Part shown: piece after piece, positions 53,930 through 61,241 of the stretch
How positions within the stretch are numbered: position 1 is the first letter of the stretch
Layout of the letters: each line of letters opens with the position of its first letter
Made by a program: the position numbers and the translations under genes
Assembly (NCBI GenBank): GCA_964425945.1
Contig: CAYRPR010000001.1
Location: 1 to 61,241 of the forward strand
Length of the DNA stretch: 61,241 bases
Direction of reading: 5' to 3'
Source: an uncultured Verrucomicrobiota bacterium
GTDB taxonomy: Bacteria; Verrucomicrobiota; Kiritimatiellia; SLAD01
Notes under the pieces: generated by a model
What the model was told of the DNA's origin: nothing
The model's input: the letters and a program-made list of their open reading frames with translations, nothing else
Database searches by the model: none

Positions 53930-55084
53930 ATGACGACACTTCAGGAGATCATAGATCATGAAGACGTCCGCCGACACATGTTCCCGGTGGTCGAACAAGG
54001 CGTCTTTCTGGGGCACGCCGGCGTGGCGCCGCTGCCGCGCGCGGCGGCGGACGCCCTCACGGAATTCGCCGGGCGGGCCGCCGCCATCGGTCAGGAAGAC
54101 GAGGAAATCTGGGGGCGCATTGCCGGGACGCGCGCCTTGATAGCCCGCTTGTTGGGGGCGCAACCGCAGGAGATCGCCCTGCTGGGCCCGACCGCCCTGG
54201 GCCTGAATCTGGTGGCGAACGGGCTGACCTGGAGCGAGGGCGATGAGGTGATCTATCACCCGGATGATTATCCGGCCAATGTGTACCCGTGGATCAAACT
54301 GCGCGACCGGGGTGTCAAAGCCGTGCCAATGCAACCGGAACGCCCGGGTGTGATCACGTGGGAGCTGATCGAGCCCTTGTTGACGTCCCGCACGCGCCTC
54401 GTTGCACTGGCGTCCTGCCATTACCTTTCGGGTTATCGTATCGATGTGGATCGGATCGGGCGAGCGTTGCGCGAGCGGAATATCCTGTTCTGTCTCGACG
54501 CCATTCAAACACTCGGCGCATTTGCGCTCTCCGTGGAGCATGTGGACTTTCTAAGCGCCGATTCACACAAATGGATGCTCGGTCCGGTCGGCGCCGGTGT
54601 CTTCTACGTGAAGGAACAGCATTTTGATCGCCTGCAACCGACGCTGCTGGGCGCGTGGAATGTGTACTCGCCGGAATTCATCGCGCAGGATCGTATTCGC
54701 TATTATGAAGGCGGACGTCGCTACGAACCGGGCTCGCTGAATATTCCGGGCATCCTGGCCATGGCGGCCTCGTTGAGCCTGCTGGAAGACGTCGGGCCTG
54801 ACGAGGTTTCCCGGCGAATTCTGGAATTACGCGACCACTTGTCCGGCGCCCTCCATGACAGGGGCTATAAACTCTACCTGCCAGATGGGGAATCACGTGT
54901 CCGGTCGGGTATCGTTACATGCTCCACATCCAGGGAACCATCCGCGGACATCCATGAGCGGTTGATCAAGCAAGGCGTTCGGGCCTCGCTTCGGAAGAAT
55001 CGAGCAGGTGAAGCCTTCATCCGGTTCTCTCCGCATTGCTATAACACCATTGAGGAATTGAACCGCACGCTGGCGATTCTTTAG
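53930..55084 (+). CDS. Class V aminotransferase / cysteine-desulfurase-like PLP enzyme
   Basis: PLP-lysine motif 'SADSHKWMLGP'. Confidence 0.85.
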   Translation: MTTLQEIIDHEDVRRHMFPVVEQGVFLGHAGVAPLPRAAADALTEFAGRAAAIGQEDEEIWGRIAGTRALIARLLGAQPQEIALLGPTALGLNLVANGLTWSEGDEVIYHPDDYPANVYPWIKLRDRGVKAVPMQPERPGVITWELIEPLLTSRTRLVALASCHYLSGYRIDVDRIGRALRERNILFCLDAIQTLGAFALSVEHVDFLSADSHKWMLGPVGAGVFYVKEQHFDRLQPTLLGAWNVYSPEFIAQDRIRYYEGGRRYEPGSLNIPGILAMAASLSLLEDVGPDEVSRRILELRDHLSGALHDRGYKLYLPDGESRVRSGIVTCSTSREPSADIHERLIKQGVRASLRKNRAGEAFIRFSPHCYNTIEELNRTLAIL

Positions 55085-55161
55085 CCCGACGAGTTGACAG
55101 GGTCGTTCAACGGGATATGTTCCTGAGTGGCGGATCGATCATCAACCCAAGGAGAATAACC

Positions 55162-55740
55162 ATGCGGAGAATTGTGGTGTGCATGCTGGCGGCATTCGTA
55201 GCCATCTGTTCAGTGGCTGTTTCCCATGCCGATACGTACAAGATCGACAAGGATCATTCGTCGGTCGGCTTTGCTGTCCGGCATCTGGGCATCGCCAATG
55301 TCAAAGGCACATTTGGTGACTATGAGGCGGTCATCACGTTCGACGGCGAGAACATCGAATCGCTGGGCGTTTCGGCCACGATCCAGGCGGCCAGTATCGA
55401 CACCGCCCAGTCGCGCCGTGACAATCACCTGCGAAGCGCGGACTTCTTCGAGGTCGAAACCTATCCGACGATCACGTTCAAGAGCGAATCGGTCGAGCCG
55501 GAAGGCGAGGGCCATGTGTTGGTGGGATCCTTGACCATCAAGGATGTGACCCAAACGGTGCGGCTTCCCGTATCGCTCGGTGGTCCGATCGAAGATCCAT
55601 GGGGCCATACCCGGATCAGTCTGGATATCGGCGGCAGCCTCCTGCGGCATGATTATGGCGTGGGTTTCGACGGTATGTCGGACCGCGGTATCGGAAAAGA
55701 GATCCGAATCGAAATCTTCGTGGCGGCGGTGAAGGAATAG
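55162..55740 (+). CDS. yceI: YceI-family periplasmic protein
   Basis: 'YKIDKDHSSVGFAVRHLGIANVKGTF'. Start at MRRIVV after AAGGAG. Confidence 0.9.
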   Translation: MRRIVVCMLAAFVAICSVAVSHADTYKIDKDHSSVGFAVRHLGIANVKGTFGDYEAVITFDGENIESLGVSATIQAASIDTAQSRRDNHLRSADFFEVETYPTITFKSESVEPEGEGHVLVGSLTIKDVTQTVRLPVSLGGPIEDPWGHTRISLDIGGSLLRHDYGVGFDGMSDRGIGKEIRIEIFVAAVKE

Positions 55741-55800
55741 GTCGCGCCGCACGTGTGCTTTTCACTTTGATCCATGCGGGAGTTTGAATAACCTCCCTGC

Positions 55801-57711
55801 ATGAGCGTCGCTCGATATGGCCTCCTTGTCGCACTGATTGCCGTGTCATGCCCGGGTGAATCGTTTGTTCTCGCCGGGGATGATGAGCGCCATATCCGCG
55901 AGGCTCTTCATGCGTTGAGCATGGACCTTCAGGACCTGGGCTTCGAGAAGGATGTCGGCGAACCGGAACGGGCTTATGGGGGCATCCGCGCGATGCTCCA
56001 CGATCCCCTGAAACTGCCCCTGCTTGGGGATCGCCTCATCGCGGCGGCGCGCGAGCGTTCGGCGGACGTCTTGTGGCGCATGGTATTTGAATGGAGGGAG
56101 GTCGTGTCCCCGCCGGACCTAGCGTCGCACACGGAGATCGCTTGGGATCGCGACGCCGTCGAGGACGAGGCGTTGACGGCCGCGCTCGACGATTTCATGG
56201 AGTCCGTCGCGCGCGCGCGCAACCGTGTGCATCCAGCGTTCGAGGGATTGTCGCCGGAAGATCTGCAATACCTGGCGGCGCGACATCTGGTCGGGGCGGT
56301 CAATGCGGAGGATCGTGTCGAGGCGCGTCAGGCGCTGATCAATGCCGGCGTATCCGGCGAAATCATACAGTCCGTCATAGCCGAAAGCGAAGCAATCGAT
56401 CCGGCGCCGGCCGTACGCCGGGCCATGGATCTGGCCGCTCGCATCGATCAAGGCGACCTGATGCGGGCGGGCGATCTGCTGGTCGGCGCATCACACAACC
56501 TCCGGCGCGCGACCGCCGAGGTGACACGCTGGCCGAGGGAGAAACTCGTTATCGAGACGGAACTGGGCGCGCTGCTTATCGGGACCGTGAACGCGGATGT
56601 GTATGACGAGGCGGCCCTGTTGATTCTCGATCCCGGTGGCCATGACGCGTATCTGGGCTCCGCGGGTGCCGCCAACGGACTGAAACATCATCCGATTTCC
56701 GTGGTCATCGATCTGGCCGGCAACGATGTGTACGATTCGGACGCTCTGCTGGCCGCCGGGGCGGCGCAGTTCGGCGTATCCGTACTTCTGGATGTGGCGG
56801 GGGACGATATGTACCGCGCGGCTTATGTCGGACAAGGCAGCGGACTGTTTGGCGCCGGCTGGATGGAAGATCAGGCCGGGGATGATGTCTATCGGGCCGG
56901 TCTGTTTGCGCAAGGAGCGGGTGTTCATGGTTTCGGCGTGTTGATCGATGAGGCCGGAAATGATCTGTACGATGTGGGATTATGCGGCCAGGCCTATGCG
57001 GGAACTTTGGGCGTCGGGTTATTGATCGATCACGCGGGCGATGATCTCTACCGGGCGGGAGGGCGGGAGCGGGATCATGAACGTCATCCCGATCGCTATC
57101 TCTCCTTGTCACAAGGTTTCTCCATCGGCCACCGTCCGTTTGTGGGCGGCGGATACGCGGCCTTGATCGATCTGTCGGGTAATGACACGTACATCGCCGA
57201 CGTATTCGGGCAGGGGGCGTCGTACTGGTATTCCGTCGGCCTGCTGTTGGATCTCGAAGGCCAGGACACCTACCGAGTGCATCATTACGGCCAGGGCGCG
57301 GGTGTCCACATGAGTCTCGGGCTTTTGTACGACGGGGCCGGCGGCGATGTATATGATGGTCATATACTGGCGCAGGGCAGCGCGCACGATTACGGCGTGG
57401 GCATGCTGATCGATCACGGCGGCCAAGATGTCTTCACCGGCGATCATCATGTCCAGGGCCGCGCCGTCAACAACAGCCTGGCCCTGCTGTTAAACCGCGG
57501 GGGCGACGACGCCTATTTCGCCGCACAACCGCTCCGCGCGCAGGGGATCGGTAATGACGGGGATCGGCGCGAATACGGCAGTATCTCCCTGCTGATCGAT
57601 CCCGATGGGCGCGATACCTATTCGACGACCGTGCGCGAGGGCGAAATCCGCGTGCGGCCGTCTCATGGCGTGATATTCAATACTCCTTTGGAGCAGGAAC
57701 ATGAGAACTAG
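55801..57711 (+). CDS. Exported protein with 12 copies of a ~27-aa 'hhhDxxGxDxY...QG' repeat (predicted beta-solenoid)
   Basis: Signal peptide, a helical N-domain, then repeats such as VVIDLAGNDVY, VLLDVAGDDMY, VLIDEAGNDLY, LLIDHAGDDLY, ALIDLSGNDTY and LLLDLEGQDTY. Confidence 0.6.
   Translation: MSVARYGLLVALIAVSCPGESFVLAGDDERHIREALHALSMDLQDLGFEKDVGEPERAYGGIRAMLHDPLKLPLLGDRLIAAARERSADVLWRMVFEWREVVSPPDLASHTEIAWDRDAVEDEALTAALDDFMESVARARNRVHPAFEGLSPEDLQYLAARHLVGAVNAEDRVEARQALINAGVSGEIIQSVIAESEAIDPAPAVRRAMDLAARIDQGDLMRAGDLLVGASHNLRRATAEVTRWPREKLVIETELGALLIGTVNADVYDEAALLILDPGGHDAYLGSAGAANGLKHHPISVVIDLAGNDVYDSDALLAAGAAQFGVSVLLDVAGDDMYRAAYVGQGSGLFGAGWMEDQAGDDVYRAGLFAQGAGVHGFGVLIDEAGNDLYDVGLCGQAYAGTLGVGLLIDHAGDDLYRAGGRERDHERHPDRYLSLSQGFSIGHRPFVGGGYAALIDLSGNDTYIADVFGQGASYWYSVGLLLDLEGQDTYRVHHYGQGAGVHMSLGLLYDGAGGDVYDGHILAQGSAHDYGVGMLIDHGGQDVFTGDHHVQGRAVNNSLALLLNRGGDDAYFAAQPLRAQGIGNDGDRREYGSISLLIDPDGRDTYSTTVREGEIRVRPSHGVIFNTPLEQEHEN
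56617..57621 (+). repeat. Coding tandem repeat array (12 x ~81 nt, diverged) inside the 55801 gene
   Basis: Repeat anchors fall at residues 273, 301, 328, 354, 380, 407, 453, 481, 508, 535, 562 and 597 of the ORF. Confidence 0.7.
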
Positions 57712-58609
57712 CCTCCTGCTCGTCATGTTGTTAACGCTGAACGGCCAGGCGTCGGACCCGCCCTTCGACGAATGGTTGCGTCAGGTCCAGCGGTATGGCG
57801 ATACGGAAGAGCGTCGTCAATCGAAGGCGGAAGCCCGCGAGCAATTCCTGGAGCACGGCGGGGCGTCTTTGCGCTACCTGATGGATCATATCCACATCGA
57901 GAACTTGTGGATACGTATTCTGGCCCAGGAACTGGTCGTGCAGTTGGAAGCGGAGGAAGCTCTGCCGGTACTGGCGGCGGCTCTGGATTCGCCGAATGAA
58001 TCGACGCATCGATACGCGCTCTACTTCATGGGGTTCTATACCAATGTATGGGCACTGGCCATGCCCGGGCTTCCGGAACGGGTGATGACCTATGTGGATG
58101 ATGAGAAGGCGGGGGGATCGGCCATCCGCACGTTGGGTAAATGGCAGTACACACCGGCCGTTCCGGCATTGATTCAGGCGTTGGAACACCCGAAGGAGCG
58201 CCGCCGCATTGTCGCGGTGAACGCATTGCGTGATATCGGCGATCCGGCCGCCGTCGATGCGTTGATCGCGGCGTTGGACGATCCGGTGGCGACGGTGCGC
58301 TATGCGGCGGAACGCGCCCTGGCGGGCTTGGGCGACGCCGCGGAGGATGCGGTTCTGGAGACCATGGCGCACGCTTCCGACCGCGCCTTGCGTCATATGA
58401 TACGGATACTGGCTCGACGACCTTCGGACGCCGTCATGCCACGCTTGGTCGCGTTACTGGAGCACGAGGATTGGGGCGTGCGAGGCGACGCCGCGCGGGC
58501 CTTGCCGTTATTCCGTCCGGACGCCGAGTGGATCGAACGCATTCGGGGCGATGCTCATCCCTTTGTGCGATCCGCCTTGTATCACCGGGAAGAATCGCTG
58601 GTTGACTGA
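57701..58609 (+). CDS. Exported HEAT-repeat (PBS-lyase-type) protein
   Basis: Signal peptide, then 'AVPALIQALEHP...AVNALRDIGDPAAVDALIAALDDPVATVRYAAERALAGLGD'. It overlaps the previous gene by 11 nt. Confidence 0.75.
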   Translation: MRTSLLLVMLLTLNGQASDPPFDEWLRQVQRYGDTEERRQSKAEAREQFLEHGGASLRYLMDHIHIENLWIRILAQELVVQLEAEEALPVLAAALDSPNESTHRYALYFMGFYTNVWALAMPGLPERVMTYVDDEKAGGSAIRTLGKWQYTPAVPALIQALEHPKERRRIVAVNALRDIGDPAAVDALIAALDDPVATVRYAAERALAGLGDAAEDAVLETMAHASDRALRHMIRILARRPSDAVMPRLVALLEHEDWGVRGDAARALPLFRPDAEWIERIRGDAHPFVRSALYHREESLVD

Positions 58610-58737
58610 TCCGGCGAGCAAAAAAGAGATGGTATTGCAGCGTGTAAGAGATTAGAAGATATCGCCATATAAGTAGGAGCGATAGCTGGCGCGGTGTCCC
58701 AGATACGCCCTGCAGGAGCAGATCGCTACGAAGAATC

Positions 58738-60162
58738 ATGAGCAGCCATATGCAATATATCAGTACGCGGGGAGGGACTCCGCCGATGGGATTCCAGGAC
58801 GCCGTATTGACGGGACTGGCCCCGGACGGTGGCTTGTTGATTCCCGAATCGATCCCCGATGTGCGCGATCGCCTCGATGCGTGGTCCCGCTTGTCGTATC
58901 AGGATATCACGTTTGAAATCCTGCGGCTGTTTGTCGATTTGCCGGACAATGACCTGCGAAACCTGATCGAGAAAAGTTATTCGGCCTTCCGCAATCCGGA
59001 GATTGCGCCGGCCTATAAAAAGGGGCCGGTCTATATCCTCGAGCTGTTCCACGGCCCGACCCTGGCGTTCAAGGATATTGCGTTGCAGTTCCTCGGCAAT
59101 TTCTTCGAGTACATCCTCGATCGCCGCGACATGCGCATGAACATCCTCGCGGCCACGAGCGGGGATACCGGCAGCGCGGCCATCCATGGTGTGCGGGGCA
59201 AGGAGCGTATCAACATCTTCGTGATGCATCCGAAAGGCCGCGTGGCGCCCCTGCAGGAAAAACAGATGACCGCCGTGCTGGACAAGAACGTATTCAATCT
59301 GGCTGTGGAGGGCACGTTTGACGATTGCCAGCGCATCATGAAGCGACTGTTCTGTGACTTGGAGTTCAAGACGCGGTATTCGCTCGGCGCGGTGAACTCG
59401 GTCAACTGGTCCCGGGTATTGACCCAGATCGTTTATTACTTCTCGGCCGGGCTCTATGTTCTAAAACAGAACAATGCGAAACGGGCCCGTTTCGCCGTAC
59501 CCACTGGCAATTTCGGGGATATTCTGGCCGGTTATTACGCCGCGCGCATGGGCATGCCGATCAGCAAGCTGATCCTCGCCACGAACGAAAACGACATTCT
59601 TTCACGCTTCTTTAATACGGGCGTGTATAGCCTGGGCGACGTGGTGCCGACAATCAGTCCCTCGATGGATATCCAGGTGGCCAGCAATTTTGAGCGGTAC
59701 CTGTATTACCTGCTCGACGAGAATCCCGCGCGGGTCAGCGCCATGTTGAACGAGTTTGAGCAGACCGGCGCCATGTCCCTCCCGGACAAGCGGGAAGGCA
59801 AAGTGGACGAGCTGTTCGACGCCGGGGTGGGCGATACGGCCGGCACCTTGCGTACCATCAAGAAATACCATGATCAACATAAGATCCTGATCGATCCGCA
59901 TACAGCCGTGGGCATAGCGGTCGGGGAGCGATACCTCGATCCGAATGAGCCCATGATCTGCCTTGCCACCGCCCATCCAGCGAAATTCAGTCAGGCGATC
60001 ATCGACGCCATCGGCAAGGACACGCATCATGACGTGCTGGACGCCCTGAAGGACGCGCCGACGCGTTGCGATACCGTACCCGCTACGACGGCCGCCGTAC
60101 GGGAATACCTGGTCCAGCACGCAAAACCTAGCGTGGGCGCGTCATCGGGTACAAGCCGATAA
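58738..60162 (+). CDS. thrC: Threonine synthase
   Basis: PLP site 'FHGPTLAFKDIALQ' and 'ATSGDTGSA'. Confidence 0.95.
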   Translation: MSSHMQYISTRGGTPPMGFQDAVLTGLAPDGGLLIPESIPDVRDRLDAWSRLSYQDITFEILRLFVDLPDNDLRNLIEKSYSAFRNPEIAPAYKKGPVYILELFHGPTLAFKDIALQFLGNFFEYILDRRDMRMNILAATSGDTGSAAIHGVRGKERINIFVMHPKGRVAPLQEKQMTAVLDKNVFNLAVEGTFDDCQRIMKRLFCDLEFKTRYSLGAVNSVNWSRVLTQIVYYFSAGLYVLKQNNAKRARFAVPTGNFGDILAGYYAARMGMPISKLILATNENDILSRFFNTGVYSLGDVVPTISPSMDIQVASNFERYLYYLLDENPARVSAMLNEFEQTGAMSLPDKREGKVDELFDAGVGDTAGTLRTIKKYHDQHKILIDPHTAVGIAVGERYLDPNEPMICLATAHPAKFSQAIIDAIGKDTHHDVLDALKDAPTRCDTVPATTAAVREYLVQHAKPSVGASSGTSR

Positions 60163-60277
60163 AACGCGTTCCAGGAAGTCGAGCACTCGTACGCGATATT
60201 CGTCTCCCCAGGCGGCTGTTATTGTCGTATACTATGCCAAGGGGCAACGCGTATGACGAAGAAGGAGTTCTGGCAGA

Positions 60278-60985
60278 ATGAAGGCATTGAGTGGTCGCAT
60301 TATTGGGCTATATAGCCTGCTATGCGTATGTGGTTGTTCGGCGGTAATGAATAGCCACGCCGTTGCAGGTGAGGCGAAAATGGAAGTGTTCAGGTACTGT
60401 CTGTCTACATTGGGTGGCAGGCTTGACTGCTATTTCACGGTTGAAAGTGTGGGCCGTTCCTCGTCTCTCAATAACCCGATTCTTGACGCCATGGTGTCTG
60501 TGGATACCGCAGGAATTCACGACGTGGAAGGCCTGATCGCGTTCCTGACAAACGAGGTTCGGATTGTGTGGATAGATGAGGGCGTAACCAACGATATCCG
60601 ACTTGTGACGGAGAGGATCGAACGCGATAAGACCATCATAAGGATACGTGATGCGAGATTGTTGGATGTTGCCGGTTACTCTCTTACCAACAGGGTATCG
60701 ATGGAATATGTGGGGCATCCAGAAGGACTGCTGATTGATCTGTCGAGTCAGAACAGTCTGATACAACGCCAGAAAGCGTGGGGTATCGGAGGAGGCCCGC
60801 TTCTAGTAGATTTCGATTCTCATGTAGACATTGCTGTTACCAATATGGCTGTCCGGGATTTGCTGACCCACTGCATTCCGCTGGAAGGCTATAATAGGGT
60901 CATCTGGAGCAGCTATACGGACGGTAATGCGGAATCGCCGCTTGTCACTGTGCGGTTTCACGGGTTGCGATGGGCGGGCCATTGA
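60278..60985 (+). CDS. Hypothetical lipoprotein in a visibly lower-GC segment
   Basis: 'LLCVCGCSAV' signal/lipobox-like N-terminus. No motif recognised. Composition looks AT-richer than its neighbours. Confidence 0.5.
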   Translation: MKALSGRIIGLYSLLCVCGCSAVMNSHAVAGEAKMEVFRYCLSTLGGRLDCYFTVESVGRSSSLNNPILDAMVSVDTAGIHDVEGLIAFLTNEVRIVWIDEGVTNDIRLVTERIERDKTIIRIRDARLLDVAGYSLTNRVSMEYVGHPEGLLIDLSSQNSLIQRQKAWGIGGGPLLVDFDSHVDIAVTNMAVRDLLTHCIPLEGYNRVIWSSYTDGNAESPLVTVRFHGLRWAGH

Positions 60986-61004
60986 TGTCGTGTCAGAAAC
61001 ATGC

Positions 61005-61199
61005 CTAATCGATCTCGCGCACCTGCAAATAGCGATCCAGGAACGACAACACCCGCTTCGCATATTCATCCCGCGCTTTTGCGAGAACATCCTCATGCCC
61101 GGCGTCGGGGACCAGCCATAATTCCTTCGGTTCTTTCGCCGCATCGTATAGGTTACGAGTGTGCTCGGGCAAGGTGTGACGATCCTTCGTAAGCGTCAC
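61005..61199 (-). pseudogene. C-terminal remnant of an alpha/beta-hydrolase
   Basis: The 64-aa ORF contains only the catalytic-His end of the fold ('LWLVPDAGHEDV...DEYAKRVLSFLDRYL'). In-frame stops lie upstream, within 61200-61241. Confidence 0.4.
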
Positions 61200-61210
61200 G
61201 CCAAGCCGCC

Positions 61211-61230
61211 CCTATGACCTGCGTCATAGG
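61211..61230. other. Perfect 8-bp-stem hairpin/palindrome
   Basis: cctatgac-ctgc-gtcatagg, immediately upstream of the truncated hydrolase remnant. Confidence 0.6.
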
Positions 61231-61241
61231 TATATGGCTAT

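Noticed and set aside
52934-54541. The 535-aa ORF-track call for the exonuclease gene.
   Set aside because: Only the C-terminal 265 aa (from MSIWKL at 53731) look like a DEDDh exonuclease. The upstream extension runs antisense through the class V aminotransferase gene and is low-complexity.
58610-58737. A possible riboswitch or attenuator upstream of thrC, based on an agcgat...atcgct inverted repeat around 58678-58727.
   Set aside because: It has only a 6-bp stem with an irregular interior and matches no riboswitch consensus I recognise. That is not enough evidence to call a feature.
1-61241. CRISPR arrays, tRNA, rRNA, tmRNA or SRP RNA genes.
   Set aside because: I saw no regularly spaced short direct repeats and no cloverleaf-like T-arm/anticodon-arm patterns in the intergenic gaps (4842-5107, 6686-6946, 16473-16623, 23103-23238, 23827-24051, 47378-47528, 58610-58737). 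This was inspection by eye only; tRNAscan and Infernal should confirm it.

Overview
GC-rich bacterial chromosomal window with about 50 genes, mostly on the + strand. No rRNA, tRNA, CRISPR array, transposase or integrase was recognised by eye. Gene content suggests a PVC-superphylum organism, Verrucomicrobiota- or Kiritimatiellota-like. The hints are an ECF sigma with a 'TRWTLI' N-terminus paired with a Ser/Thr kinase, a PEP-CTERM tail, 'DGDGMSNLREYLAGTDPHDPES' calcium-type repeats, and a diderm envelope gene set. This placement is inference only.

Housekeeping blocks:
- 1-23.1 kb: uvrC 3' end, GNAT, LPS-kinase-like, rpsT, lptE-like, bamD-like, serA, a TPR-TPR-exbB-exbD-exbD operon ending in a TonB-N-terminus/alpha-toroid chimera, mutL, serS, and an ECF sigma/Ser-Thr kinase pair.
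- 46-60.2 kb: tilS-ftsH-folP-cdaA-cdaR, a TPR protein, a DEDDh exonuclease, a class V aminotransferase, yceI, a beta-solenoid repeat protein plus a HEAT protein, and thrC.

The stand-out region is 24.05-45.9 kb. It holds 13 tightly packed same-strand genes that all encode exported proteins, preceded by a LuxR-type regulator.
- It contains two giant proteins (about 1,900 and 2,250 aa). Each has a papain-fold CHAP head, two PEGA-like beta-sandwiches, five cadherin-like Ig domains, and two copies of a [PPC-PPC-unknown module] unit.
- Their 3' ~4.9 kb are nucleotide-identical at an 11,112-nt offset, while their N-terminal heads are strongly diverged.
- They bracket three tandem Sec-signal-bearing tail-collar/fibre-like paralogs, each carrying a 4+3 ladder of HxH motifs.
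- A membrane-anchored NlpC/P60-like protein closes the locus.
- No known secretion, injection, phage or toxin-delivery machinery is present, so I flag this as a candidate undescribed surface fibre / cell-wall-hydrolase system.

The window ends in a lower-GC lipoprotein ORF flanked by alpha/beta-hydrolase C-terminal remnants and a perfect hairpin.
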